Origin: Mobula hypostoma
Taxonomy: Eukaryota
DNA length: 64,000 nt
Reading direction: 5' to 3'
Assembly (NCBI RefSeq): GCF_963921235.1
Contig: NC_086108.1
Coordinates: 47,184,001-47,248,000, forward strand
Part shown: piece after piece, positions 1-12,312 of the stretch
How the letters are laid out: the number at the start of each line of letters is the position of its first letter
Numbering within the stretch: the stretch's first letter is position 1
Translations under genes and position numbers: made by a program
Notes under the pieces: generated by a model
Database searches by the model: none
The model's input: only the letters and a program-made list of their open reading frames with translations
Told to the model about the DNA's origin: nothing

Positions 1-764
1 AGTATATGGAATAAAGTAAATGAACTTGTAGCACAGTTACAGATTGTTATATACGATGTTGCGGGCATCACTGAATCGTGGCTGAAGGAAGATTATAGCC
101 TGGAGCTTAACATCCAAGGACACACATTGTATCAAAAGGACAGGCAGGCTGGCAGAGGGATGGCATGGGTCTGTTGGTAAAAAATGAAATCTTATCATTA
201 GAAAGAGGTGACATAGGATAGAAAGGTGTTAAATCATTGCGGGTAGAGCAAAGGAACTACAAGGGCAAATACCTTGACAGAAGTTGTATAGAGAGCCCCA
301 AACAGTAATAAAGATATGGTCTACAAATTACAATGGGAGATTGAAAATGCATGTCAAAAGAGCAATATTAAGATGGTCATGGGGATATCAATACGCAGGT
401 AGATAGGGAAAATCAGATTGGTGTTGGATCCCAAGAGAGGGAGTTTCTAGAATACCTACTAGATGGATTTTTAGAGCAGCTCATGGTTAAGCCCACTAGG
501 GCATCAGCTATTCTGAACTGGGTGTTGTGCAATGAATTTAAATTGATTAGAGAGCTTAAGGGAAAGGAACCCTTAGGAGTCAGTTATCATAATATGATAG
601 AATTCACCCTGCAAGTTGAGAAAGAGAAGCTAAAGTCAGATATATAAGTGTTACAGTGGATTAAAGGGAATTACAGAGGCACAAGAAAGGAGCTGGCCAA
701 AATTGATTAGAAAAGAACACTGGCAGGGATGACAGCAGAGTAGCAATGACTGGAATTTCTGGGA

Positions 765-1168
765 GCAAGAGGACCACAACCATGTCATGGTTTGAAGGCT
801 TGCATGCCTCAATGACCCAGAGAGTTATGCTGGCTGGCATTAGGGCTTTATGCTGTGGCTCTTGATAAGGTCACCCATGCCAAACAGTCAAAGGGTAGAG
901 GCCAGACCAAGAGTGGTCCACTGATCCTCCAGGCTCGGGGGTTCAGCTCAGGGCTAACAACCCTGACTGGTCAAACAAAACTGTTATGGATACAGCAATG
1001 AAGAATCAGTATCAACAGTATGCAACAGTATCCCGGAGTCTCCACCTGGGGCTTGAATGACTGACATTAAACTGAGCGGAAGCTACTGACACAAAGAAGG
1101 AAGCTGTGAACACCACTGGAGATAGGGGACCTTCATTGCTGCCCTAAATGCCAGCAGTGTAACAAGAA
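765..1168 (+). mobile_element. Short non-coding RTE-derived (bipartite 5'+3') retroelement, family A
   Basis: Interrupts a CR1; a homologous inverted copy lies at 33396-33779. RTE-like 5' motifs (GGTCACCCATG, GGGCTAACAACCC) and 3' motif (CTTCATTGCTGCCCTAAATGCC). Confidence 0.6.
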
Positions 1169-1390
1169 AGAGAAAGAAGTATCCTAAAGACAGGGTGACA
1201 CAATTGTGACTGACAAGAGAAGTCAAAGCCAACATAAAAGCCAAAGAGAGGGCATATAATAGAGCAAAAATCAGTGGGAAATTAGAAGACTGGGAAGCTT
1301 TTAAAAAGTAACAGAAGGCAACTAAATAAGACAAAAATAAGGAAAAGATTGATTACGGAGTTAAGCTAGCCAATAATATTCGAGAGAATA

Positions 1391-2802
1391 CTTTATACTT
1401 TATTGTCGCCAAACAATTGGTACTAGAACGTACAATCATCACAGCGATATTTGATTCTGCGCTTCACACTCCCTGGATTACAAATATTAAATACTAAAAA
1501 TATTAAAAATAATTAAAACTAGTAAATATTAAAAATTTAAATTATAAATCATAAATAGAGAATAGAAAAATGGGAAGTAAGGAAATGCAAAAAAACCGAG
1601 AGGCAGGTCCGAATATTTGGAGGGTACGGCCCAGATCCGGGTCAGGATCCGTTCAGCAGTCTTATCACAGTTGGAAAGAAGCTGTTCCCAAATCTGGCCG
1701 TACGAGTCTGCAAGCTCCTGAGCCTTCTCCCGGAGGGAAGAGGGATGAAAAGTGTGTTGACTGGGTGGGTCATGTCTTTGATTATCCTGGCAGCACTGCT
1801 CCGACAGCGTGCAGTGTAAAGTGAGTCCACGGACGGAAGATTGGTTTGTGTGATGTGCTACGCCATGTTCACGATCTTCTGCAGCTTCTTTCAGTCTTGG
1901 ACAGGACAACTTCCATACCAAGTTGTGATGCACCCTAGAAGAATGCTTTCTATGGTGCATCTATAAAAATTAGTGAGGGTTTTAGGGGACAGGCCAAATT
2001 TCTTTAGTTTTCTCAGGAAGTAAAGGTACTGGTGGGCCTTCTTGGCAGTGAACTCTGCTTGGTTGGACCAAGTCAGGTCATTTGTGATATTGACCCTGAG
2101 GAACTTAAAGCTTTTGACCTGTTCCACTTGTGCACCACCGATGTAAATTGGGTCGTGCGGTTTGCTACTCCTTCTGAAGTCAACAACCAATTCCTTCATC
2201 CTACTGACGTTGAGGGATAGGTTATTGTCTTCACACCATGCCACCAGGTTCTTAATTTCCTCTCTGTACTCAAACTCATCATTACCCGAGATACGGCCTA
2301 CAATTGTTGTGTCATCAGCAAACTTATATATTGAGTTTGATGGAAACTTGGCTACACAATCATGGGTGTACAGTGAGTACAGCAGGGGGCTGAGTACACA
2401 GCCTTGTGGGGCACCGGTGCTCAGAGTGATTGTAAAGGAGAGCTTGTCCCCTATTTTTACAGCCTGGGTCCTGTCTGTGAGGAAGCTGAAGATCCAGCTG
2501 CAGATCTGTGTGCTAAGGCCCAGGTTCCGGAGCTTAGGAATCAGTTTATTTGGAAAAATGGTATTAAAGGCAGAGCTGTAGTCAATGAAAAGGAGCCTTA
2601 TATATGCATCTTTATTCTCCAGGTGTTCTAAGGAGGAATGTAGGGCCAGAGAGATGGCATCTGCCGTTGACCTTTTGCTCCAGTAGGCGAATTGCAAAGC
2701 GTCGAGGTTGACCGGTCGGCTGTGGTTGATGTGTGCCATAACCAATCTCTCGAAGCACTTCATAGCAATTGATGTCAGAGCCACAGGTTGATAGTCATTC
2801 AG
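1391..2802 (-). mobile_element. Rex1/Babar-clade LINE, 5'-truncated RT fragment plus 3' UTR
   Basis: ORF 1891..2808 with [29 protein letters not shown] and KFADD; premature stop. Near-identical copy at 48372-49697. Confidence 0.92.
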
Positions 2803-3702
2803 AAACAAAAAGTTCCCTCAGCAATATAGAGTGTAAAAGAGAAGTGAGAGTAGATATTGGACTTCTGGAGAATGATGCTGGAGAGGTAGTAATGGGGGAC
2901 AAGGAAATGGCGGACAAACTGAGAACATATTTTGCATCAGTCTTCACTGTGGAAGATACTAGCAGGGTGGTGGAAGTTTGGGAGTGCCAGGTGGCAGAAG
3001 TGTGTGGTTGCCATTGCTAGGGTGAAAGTTCTTATGAAACTGAAAGGTCTAGAGTCATCTGGACCAGTTGGTATACACCCCCAGGGTTCTGAAAGAGATG
3101 GCTGAAGAGATTGTCGATGTATTAGTAATGATCTTTCAAAAATCAATAGACTCTGGCACGGTTCCGGAGGACTGAAAAATTGCAAATGTCACTCTGTTAG
3201 TCAAGAAAGGAGAGAGACAGGAGAAAGGAAATTATTGGCCAGTTAGTCTGACCTCTGTGGTTGGGAAGATGTTGGAGTCGATTGTTAAGGATGCAGTTTC
3301 GCGGTACTTGGAGGCATATGATAATGGTTTGCTTAAGGGAAAATCTTGCCTGACAAATCTGTTGGAATTCATTGAAGAAATAACAAGCAGGGTAGACAAA
3401 GGAGAACTGGCGGAAGTTATGTACTTGGATTTTCAGAAGGCCTTTGACAAGGTGCCACACATGAGGTTGCTTAACAAGTTAAGAGCTCATGGTATTACAG
3501 GGAAGATCCCAGCATGGATAGAGCATTGGCTGATTGGTAGGAGGCAAAGAGTGGGAACAGAGCCTCTTCTGGTCGGCTTCCGGTGACTAGTGGGTTCCAC
3601 AGGGGTCTGCGTTAGGATCACTTCTTCTGACGTTATATGTCAATGATTTGGATGACAGAATTGACGTTTGTGGATGATACGGAAATAGGTGGGGGGCAAG
3701 TA

Positions 3703-4010
3703 GTTTTTATTTTTAAATTTAATTTATTTTAATTTAATTTTATTGAGATACAATGTGGAATAGGCCGTTCGAGCCGCACTGCCCAGCAATCCCCCAATTT
3801 AATCTGAGTCTAATCACAGGACAATTTACAATGACCAAGTAACATAGTAACCGGTACGTCTTTGGACTGTGGGAGGAAATTGAAACAGATGGTGGAAACC
3901 CACATGGGCACAGGGAGAACGTACAAACTCCTTACAGGCAGCATCAAGAATTGAACCCTGATTGCCTGTACTTAAAGCGATGTGCCAACCGTTATGCTGC
4001 TGTGCTACCC
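3703..4010 (-). mobile_element. V-SINE / HE1-like SINE inserted in CR1
   Basis: Reverse V-domain (GGGAGGAAA...GGAAACCCAC...CACAGGGAGAACGTACAAACTCC), B-box-like GGTTCAATTC on the minus strand, A/T-rich tail. Confidence 0.75.
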
Positions 4011-4899
4011 CAGTGAGGAAGTAGAGAGGCTACACAGGGATTTAGACAGATTAGGCAAATGTTCAAGGAAGTGGCAGATGGAATACAGTGTCAGGAAATG
4101 TATTGCGTGCACTTTGGGTGGAAGAAATAAAAGTGTAGATTATTTTGAAAATGGAGAGAAAATTCAAAAATCTGAGGAGTAAAGGGACTTGGGAGTTCTC
4201 ATGCAGGATTGTTTAAAGGTTAATTTGCAGGTTGAGTCAGCGGTGCAGAAGGGAAATGCGATGTTAGCATTCATTTCAAGAAGACTAGAATATAAAAGCA
4301 AGGATGTAATGTTGAGGCTTTATAAAGCACTGGTGAGGCCTCACTTGGAGCATTGTGAGCAGTTTTAGGCCCCTTACCTAAGACAGGATGTGCTGACTTT
4401 GGAGAGGGTTCAAAGAAAATTCATGAAAATGATTCCGGAATCCAAAGGCTTGTCCTGTGAGGAGCATTTGATGGCTCTAGGCCAGTTCTCCCCAGAGTTC
4501 AAAGAGTAACGGGGTGACCTCATTAAAACCTATCGATGGTGAAAGGTCTTGATAGAGTGGATGTGGAGAGGATGCTTCCTATGATGGGAGAATCTAAGAC
4601 CAGAGGGGACAGCCTCAGAATAGAGAGATGTCCTTTAGAATGGAGATGTGGAGGAATATTTTTAACCGGAGTGTGGTGAATCTGTGGAATTTGTTGCACA
4701 GGATGGTATGAAGGCCAAGTCATTCGTAAGGCAGAGGTTGATAGGTTCTTGATTAGTCAGGGCATGAAGGGATATGGGGAAAATAAAGAGATTGGGGCTG
4801 AGAGAGAAAGTGGATCAGCAGTGGTGAAATGGCAGAGCAGACTCAAAGGGCCAAATGGCCTAATTCTGCTCCTATATCTTATGGTTTTATGGTCTCATA

Positions 4900-5362
4900 G
4901 AAATACAATGGAAACTATTATGACTGGTTGCATCACAGCCTGGGATGGAGATTCCAGTGCAGGATTGTAAGAGGCTGCAGAGGGTTATAGACTTTGCCAT
5001 CTCAAGCACAAGCACAACCCTCCCCATCATCAAGAACATCGAGTGGCAGTGCCTCTAGAAGGGGACACTCATTATTAAGTACCCTTATGAGCTGGGATAT
5101 GCCGCCTTCTCATTACTAACATTTGAGGGGGGGGGTGAGGGAGGTATAGGAGCCTGAAGACTCGCATTCAATTATTTAGAAACAGCTTATTTCCCTCTGC
5201 CATCATATTTCTGAAAGGTCCAAGAACACTAAAACATTATTCCTTTTTTTTGCAGTATTTATTTATTTTTGGTAATTTGTTTTTCTTTTGTATCTTGCAC
5301 TGTACTGCTGTTCCAAAACAACAAACTTCACATCATATATCAGATAGAATAAATCTGAGTCT
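4900..5362 (+). mobile_element. Old Rex1-like LINE 3' fragment
   Basis: ETIMTGCITAW motif and a Rex-type 3' UTR ending AATAAATCTGAGTCTGA. Confidence 0.7.
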
Positions 5363-5507
5363 GAAGTTAAAAGGCATGGAATCAGTAAGAATATGTTTTA
5401 GGAGCAGGGACCAGATATTTCAATAATCTTGAAATTAAGCTGGACTAGGCTGATGGACATCGAACCCGATCTTATCATACCTCTCCTTGGAAAACCCATG
5501 CTTTTAG

Positions 5508-6461
5508 CAGACATCCCACCTCTCTCGAAAATTCTGGGGGTCTCACCCACATATTGATAGCGGCTCCCTAACGCCCGTAAATTATATACAATATCCCGGA
5601 AATTGATTTTGTGTGTGTGTGTGTGTGTGTGTGAAAGAGAGAGAGAGGAGAGAGAAAGAGAGAGAGAGATATTAGTGTCCTGCAGTGCCATGGCAGAGTG
5701 TTCCAAAAAAAGAAAATATAAAACGTACTTCACCCCAGACTACACTAAAGTGTACCCCTGCTTAATAGTTGTCAAAAAATAATGACAGTGTTGCTCGTTG
5801 CACTGTTTGCAACAGTGACTTTTCTATTGCCCATGGTGGATTAAGTCTGTAAAAGACATGTTGAGGTGAGATTAACAGGTGTCATTCATTCATTAGCATA
5901 GCTAACGTTATTTAAACTAGCTGGCTAGCTGCTAAGGAGCTACTCTGTTGATGTCCTACGTGATGAGACCAAACTCCCTGTAGACTTGCTTAAAGTTGTA
6001 ATACAATTAAAAAAAGACTCCATGATAATATAATATAATTGTGAATCTTGTGAATCTGATGTCTTGCAAGATTAACAAATTCATTGACACAGACTGCTAT
6101 GAGGTTAAAACTTCCGGCAAAATGCTCAAATCTGCCAAGCAAACCACATCACAGTACAAGGAAAGTTTGCAAAAGAAGTAGAAAAGTTATTTGCATTAGC
6201 ATTGAGACTGCCAACAAAATACTCAACAAGGAATACATATATATTCCTTGTTGAGTATTTTGTATGTATATATGTGTATATATATGTAAATAGTTTCAAT
6301 ATGTGATGAAATTAATTGTTGTGTTCTTTCATAATCAAATGTCCTGTATACATACACCCTTGGAGGTCGACCGGGGGTGGGGGTGGGGGATATGGAGTTG
6401 TGGGGGGTGGAGGTGGTGGTGCTACCTCCCTGAAATGACTTTTTGCAGGGTGGGATGTCTG
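5508..6461. mobile_element. Non-autonomous hAT-like DNA transposon
   Basis: TIR CAGACATCCCACC at 5508-5520 and its reverse complement at 6449-6461. Near-TSD gcttttag / gctttag. Short internal peptide relic (DCYEVKTSGKMLKSAKQTTSQY). Confidence 0.7.
5610..5669. repeat. Compound (TG)n(GA)n microsatellite
   Basis: Directly visible. Confidence 0.95.
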
Positions 6462-7566
6462 CTTTAGTATATTTTTCCCTCAAGAGATACTACACAGATG
6501 AGAAACAAGAACAAAGGATAGGTCCAAGAGGAAAGGGGACAGCTGTGGGAGATGTTCTGGACAAAAACACATGAGAGCTGCACCAATATATGATGAACAA
6601 TTGAGGAAACTAAACATTTATCAATTGTTGCCAAAAGGTTCGGAAGGGTAAGGATCAATGCTGCAGTTGTAAATTTGATTTACAATCTGATTTGTAAATT
6701 TTAGTTTAATGTACAGAAATGTCTAAATTTGACATTTAATTAAAAGACATTTGGAATCCAGTGTCATATGCAACAAATCCAGTATATTGCATTGATCACT
6801 CTTGCCAGTGTTTTACATTGCAGCCTATAAAATATAGTTTAGAAATTAATATTTTATCATTTGTAATCCGCTGTTACAAGCAGGACATGGCCAACAATTC
6901 CAAAGGGAAAGGTTGGTAACTCTATCAAGAGAAGGAAGTGGTGAAGGACAAATGCAAGGCTGCTAGAGGAACTCAGTGGAGTTGAGCAGCATCTATGAGT
7001 GGGACTGGGGCAGGGGAAGGAGCTATTGATGTTTTGGGTCAAACAAATCCTCAAGCAGCTTGTCTGTTGCTCCAGATTCTGGTATCTGCAGACACTTGCA
7101 TCTTCTCTGTATCTTGCCATGCCAGGTAACCTCACCTCCATTTAGAGAAGTTAGCCCAGGGCTGTAAATCGGTCTCGCAGCGGGTCAGTGTTAGATCTAA
7201 ATGGTTGAAGAGCCGCTGGTGAAGAGCAAAATTAATAAAATGGAGAAGTTCCATCATTGGCACAATCCTCAACTTCATGATTTATACAACCTAGGTTTGC
7301 ACATCAGTGGATCCACAACACCCAGTACCAGTCAAGTACAGATTACTGCAATGGTCAAGGATGCAGGCAAGTTTCACAAGAAAGCCAGGAAACTGGATGG
7401 CAGTTTTGCTTCTTAATTTCTTAAAGGTTACCTTTCTTCCCTGTTGCTTGGGTCAGATTTCCATCTCTCAGGTGCTAGAAGGCAACAGCTACTGTGCAAT
7501 GAGGAAGTGACGTGGTCTCGAGGGGAACAATGTGTCGCAACAAGTGGTTTCCTGAACTCTTCTGCT

Positions 7567-7814
7567 TCAGGGCAGAAAGAGATTGACCCGCTGCGAGACC
7601 GACTTACACCCTTGGGCTGAGAACAGGTTTTCCTCCTTTGGAAAATACAGCATCCCCTTTGCCACTTCATCCAGGATATCTACGTTGTACTTGATTCCTC
7701 TGGAATGAAGAGCATCACGTACACATAATTTAACATGCTTGTACTCCAGAGGTAAGAAGGGAATGAAGAAGTCGACAAGATTCTCAGCCACAAGGCCACT
7801 ATGTGCAAAGCCAC
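7567..7814 (-). CDS. TOR3A: Torsin-3A-like last exon, GFAHSGLVAENLVDFFIPFLPLEYKHVKLC...FSAQGCKSVSQRVNLFLP*
   Basis: ORF 7567..7878. TTTTAG acceptor at 7815-16; torsin sensor-II GCK motif. The six exons total 1107 nt (368 aa plus stop). Confidence 0.95.
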
Positions 7815-8056
7815 CTAAAAATGAACACAAGAAGTATGAATTCTTTATTTCTACCATTGCATATGCCATTAGCAACATGTTTGAATGCTACTGTTTCATC
7901 CATGGAATGAAGAATTTCAAAAACACTGGCTCATTAGACCAGTTCCACCATTAACATTCATGACTGCAGTTATGATGCTGATCTTCCCTGATAGTGGGAA
8001 GATGCTTAAAAGTCATTTGCATGATTGTTGTTGGCATTTATTGTCTTAAGCATAAT

Positions 8057-8790
8057 TAGAACATAGAACATAGAATAGTACAGCACAGTACAGGCCCTTC
8101 GGCCCACAATGTTGTGCCGACCCTCAAACCCTGCCTCCCATATAAGCCCCCACCTTAAGTTCCTCCATATACTTGTCTAGTAGTCTCTTAAACTTCACTA
8201 GTGTATCTGCCTCCACCACTGACTCAGGCAGTGCATTCCACGCACCAACCACTCTCTGAGTAAAAAACCTTCCTCTAATATCCCCCTTGAACTTCCCACC
8301 CCTTACCTTAAAGCCATATCCTCTTGTATTGAGCAGTGGTGCCCTGGGGAAGAGGCGCTGGCTATCCATTCTATCTATTCCTCTTATTATCTTGTACACC
8401 TCTATCATGTCTCCTCTCATCCTCCTTCTCTCCAAAGAGTAAAGCCCTAGCTCCCTTAATCTCTGATCATAATGCATACTTTCTAAACCAGGCAGCATCC
8501 TGGTAAATCTCCTCTGTACCCTTTCCAATGCTTCCACATCCTTCCTATAGTGAGGTGACCAGAACTGGACACAATACTCCAAGTGTGACCTAACCAGAGT
8601 TTTATAGAGCTGCATCATTACCTCGCAACTCTTAAACTCTATCCCTCGACTTATGAAAGCTAACACCCCATAAGCTTTCTTAACTACCCTATCCACCTGT
8701 GAGGCAACTTTCAGGGATCTGTGGACAGGTACCCCGAGATCCCTCTGCTCCTCCACACTACCAAGTATCCTGCCATTTACTTTGTACTCT
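8057..8790 (-). mobile_element. Young CR1 LINE 3' fragment in TOR3A intron 5
   Basis: Open ORF 8124..8756 (C-terminal ORF2) and (TTCTATG)n tail. Highly similar to 17533-18253 in the opposite orientation. Confidence 0.93.
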
Positions 8791-9039
8791 TAAATTATGG
8801 TATTGTTGCTGATGAGTAGTTAGTGTTTGTATTTATTGCTACTCTTAAGTTGACTGTGGAGGCATCAAACAAAACTACTTTTGTTGTCTAAAATATGCCC
8901 TCGTGGTCTTTTCCATCTCTTCACCAGATTTCCATCTTAAATGCTTTCTTGTTCATTACACCTTCCATTATTCCATTTCATGGTTTTTCTTAGCTATCCC
9001 ATTGTCCTTTTATTTATCCCACATCTTCCCAACACGGGA

Positions 9040-9590
9040 TATATGCCTTCTTTAGCTAGGCCATGGAACACAAGAGCAGGGAGGTTCTGGTGCAATATAT
9101 AGAATGTTAGTTAAGCCACTGTTGTCTGCAGTTCTGGGCCATAAAAATATAATTACACTGGAGAGATTTGCCAAGATGTTGCTTCAGATGAATTACATCA
9201 AGAGACTTGATAGGCTTTCAGTGGAGTTGGAAAGGGAAGGGGAATCTGACTGAAGAGTACAAATTTATAAGGAGTGTCGGTACAGCAGATGGTGAGAAAC
9301 TCTTCCCCTGTGGCAGAGGCGTCTACAATCAGAAGGCAAAGGTTTTGGGTGGGAGACTGAGAGAGGATTTGAATATTTTTCTACCCAGAGGATGCACTGT
9401 CCGAAGTGATGGTAGAGGCAGAGTCTCCCATAGCATTTAAGTCTTATTTAGAGGAACTCTAGAAATACTATAGCACAGAAAACTGAGAGGTTCATGCTAG
9501 CCATCTGTTACTTGGAAAGTGCAAGTAAAATAGATGGGCAGTTGTTGATTAGCATAATACAGTGGTCTGAAAGGACCCCATTCCTAACTC
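9040..9590 (+). mobile_element. Highly degenerate CR1 3' fragment
   Basis: Residual similarity to the CR1 C-terminal ORF2 and 3' UTR. Confidence 0.6.
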
Positions 9591-9611
9591 TGTGCTTTTA
9601 ATATGCATTAC

Positions 9612-9736
9612 CTTTTGATGTTGCAACCTCTTTTCGGATCTGATATTCCAAGTCTTCCATAGTAATCTCCTCTCGATCTCGTCCTGCTCGCCAGTTTTCT
9701 AATACCACCCTGCTTATAGACCTTCCTCCGATATTA
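9612..9736 (-). CDS. TOR3A: Torsin-3A-like exon 5, (S)NIGGRSISRVVLENWRAGRDREEITMEDLEYQIRKEVATSK (sensor-I SN)
   Basis: ORF 9598..9822. CTAG acceptor, GTAATG donor; 125 nt, phase 2-1. Confidence 0.94.
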
Positions 9737-11399
9737 CTAGAGTGAAGAAATGTTTGTAGGGAATTAATATTGGATAGAAATAAACAGAAAGTTGGAATCA
9801 GGATTTCACCTTGCTTGTACATTAATTCAGCAATAAGATACTAGCCCAGCAGAAATATGGAGTCCAATCCAAAATTTTATGGAAGTTCTTCATATTTTGA
9901 TTTTATTTATAATTGGTTTGACATTAAATATTCAATAAATGGGAAAAGGCAAAAATGTTCAAGAAAGTTTCAAGCCATTTGGAACATTTAATTTGACCAT
10001 CTTTATGTCAGTTATAAATTAGCTTCAATTTCATGATAGTATTCACTGCTGGGTTTTGCATTTGCAGCCATGGTAGATAATAACTTTCAGAAAATGAACA
10101 GTTAGAATAAAATCAGCACTTCCCTTCAAGTTCAACATCACAAACAGCACCCCACTAAATGTTCACAAATTCAAATATCTTGAATAATCTATTCCTCAAA
10201 AGTAGAGGATCGTAAAGATTCACAATGATAGTGCAGGGATTTCTCCAGCTCTGAGGCAAATATTTTCTCCCTGAAACCTTCAATCCACTTTTTACCCTGA
10301 CACCGGTATCCAAAGGCTCTGGCCAGGATTTATGGGATTAATTACTGTAATGACTTTCAGATCCTCTGGTTTATAGGTTGGTGTACGTGCTTGTGGAATG
10401 CTCGTTCGACATAGCAAGAACAATGTATCACTTCACACTGCTCAGAGTCCAACCTGTGTCAATAAATGGCCAAAAGTTTCCACTTGTGTCTGACTATTAT
10501 ATTGATTTCAACTCTGCAGACTTACATTTAAAAGTCAGTAACCCATCACTTCAGTTTATGAATTGTAAACTTTACTGTATTCTAAACTCATGTACTTGAG
10601 CAATGTCTGGATAGAAAATTCACCCAGATCTTCTGTTCCAAAACAAGACATTTTTTTTCTGACAAGGCAAACTCAGTTGCCTGGCAAGCTGCCTTTAGGA
10701 CCCCTGTGCAGTTGCACAATGTGATGTGGTAAGAGCTGAAGTTATTTTTCTTTACCACTAAGTGCTCTGGCAGACAAGTATAAAATCCAGTCTAGGCAGC
10801 AGTAGCTGATTTCTCCAAATACATTTGCTGGAGTTCTACTTTGATCCGGCAGTCAAAATAGATCCCAGATTCTGATTCCAATGTGCGGGGACCTCCAAGA
10901 CCGTCTTCTCCCTCCAGTTCCCTACCACAGCCCCATTCTTTACCACTGCAAAGCAGTTGGTCATTTTCCTCGAAGCTTCATCTATATCTGTGTTCTGACC
11001 CTTTGTGCTTTTCTGAGATGCTTTCTAAGATTCCTTCCAGGATTCATTTGACCATGTCACTGAACGTTGACAAAGTGTAGAAACCCCAGAACGAAAGCAG
11101 AAAGCCATTTTCACTTTTACCAGGATTTATACAGCTTTCCCACCAAAGCTATGGTAGATGGCTGGCCAAACCAACGTTTGCTGTCAATATTCACAAGTGT
11201 GCCGTTACCTTCTATGTGTATGCTAACACTATCATGTGTTAATGGTATTCCAATATCACTCGGCCGTGACAATTACTTTGTTGCCTGACCACCTTTGCGT
11301 CTTTATAAATGATAACCTCAACTATTCTTGGTTCAGCTTCAACATGACAAAGACATTCCTCTTTGGTTTGTATCTGTAGCTCATGACTCAATGGCCATT

Positions 11400-12312
11400 T
11401 AGAACATAAGAACATAAGAAATAGGAGCGGGAGTAGGCCATCTGGCCCGTTGAGCCCACTCTGCCTTTCAATAAGATCATGGCTGATCTGGTCATGGACA
11501 TCTCCACCTACCTGCCTTTTCCCCATAACCCTTAATTCCACTACTATGCAAAAGTCTATCCAACCTTGCCTTAAATATGCAAACACGAGGAAATCTGCAG
11601 ATGCTGGAAATTCAAGCAACACACACAAAAAATGCTGGTGAACGCAGCAGACCAGGCAGCGTCTTTAGGAAGAGGTACAGTCAACGTTTTGGTCTATAGG
11701 AAGAGGCTGTACCTCGACTGTACCTCTTCCTATAGGTGCTGCCTGGCCTGCTGCGTTCAGCATTTTTTGATGTGTTGTCTTAAATATATTTACTGAGGTA
11801 GCCTTCACTGCTTCATTGGGCAGAGAATTCCACAGATTCACCACTTTCCAGGACGAGCAATTCCTCCTCATCTCTATCATAAATCTACTCCCCGGAATCT
11901 TGAGGCTATGTCCCCTAGTTCTAGTATCACCTACCAGTGGAAACAACTTTCCTGCCTCTACCTTATCTATCCCTTTCATAGTTTAATTTATTTTTATAAG
12001 ATCTCCTCTCATTCTTCTGAATTCCAGTAAGTACAGTCGCAGGTAACTCAAACTCTCCTTGTAGTCTAACCCCCTCATCTCTGGAATCAACCTGGTGAAA
12101 CTCCTCTGTATTGCTTCCAAAGCTAGTATAGCCCTCCTCAAGTAAGGAGATCAGAACTGCACGCAGTACTCCAGGTGAGGCCTGTGCAGTTGCAGAATAA
12201 CCTCCCTGCTCTTGAGTTCAGTTCCTCTATCAGTGAAGGTCAACATTCCATTTGTCTTCTTGATAGCCTGCTGCACCTGCCAACCAACTTTTTGTGATTC
12301 ATGCACAAGCAT
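11400..12312 (-). mobile_element. CR1 3' fragment with a nested palindromic element
   Basis: (TTCTTATG)n tail at 11400-11420; ORF 11665..11979 (TRGHSLK...VVNLWNSLP). Confidence 0.85.
11579..11778. mobile_element. Palindromic Penelope-type non-autonomous element
   Basis: Inverted arms (ATGCTGGTGAACGCAGCAG...CTGCTGCGTTCAGCAT). TSD cttaaatat at 11570-78 and 11779-87. Related copies at 41596, 47562, 55321 and 56723. Confidence 0.7.

Larger units (their letters stand above)
1..4900 (+). mobile_element. Degenerate CR1-clade LINE ORF2 (endonuclease, RT, 3' UTR), split by three nested insertions
   Basis: Fragments such as GITESWL, GKSCLTNLLEF...YLDFQKAFDKVPH and HLEHCEQF, with many stops and frameshifts. 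CR1 tail near 4860-4897. Confidence 0.9.
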
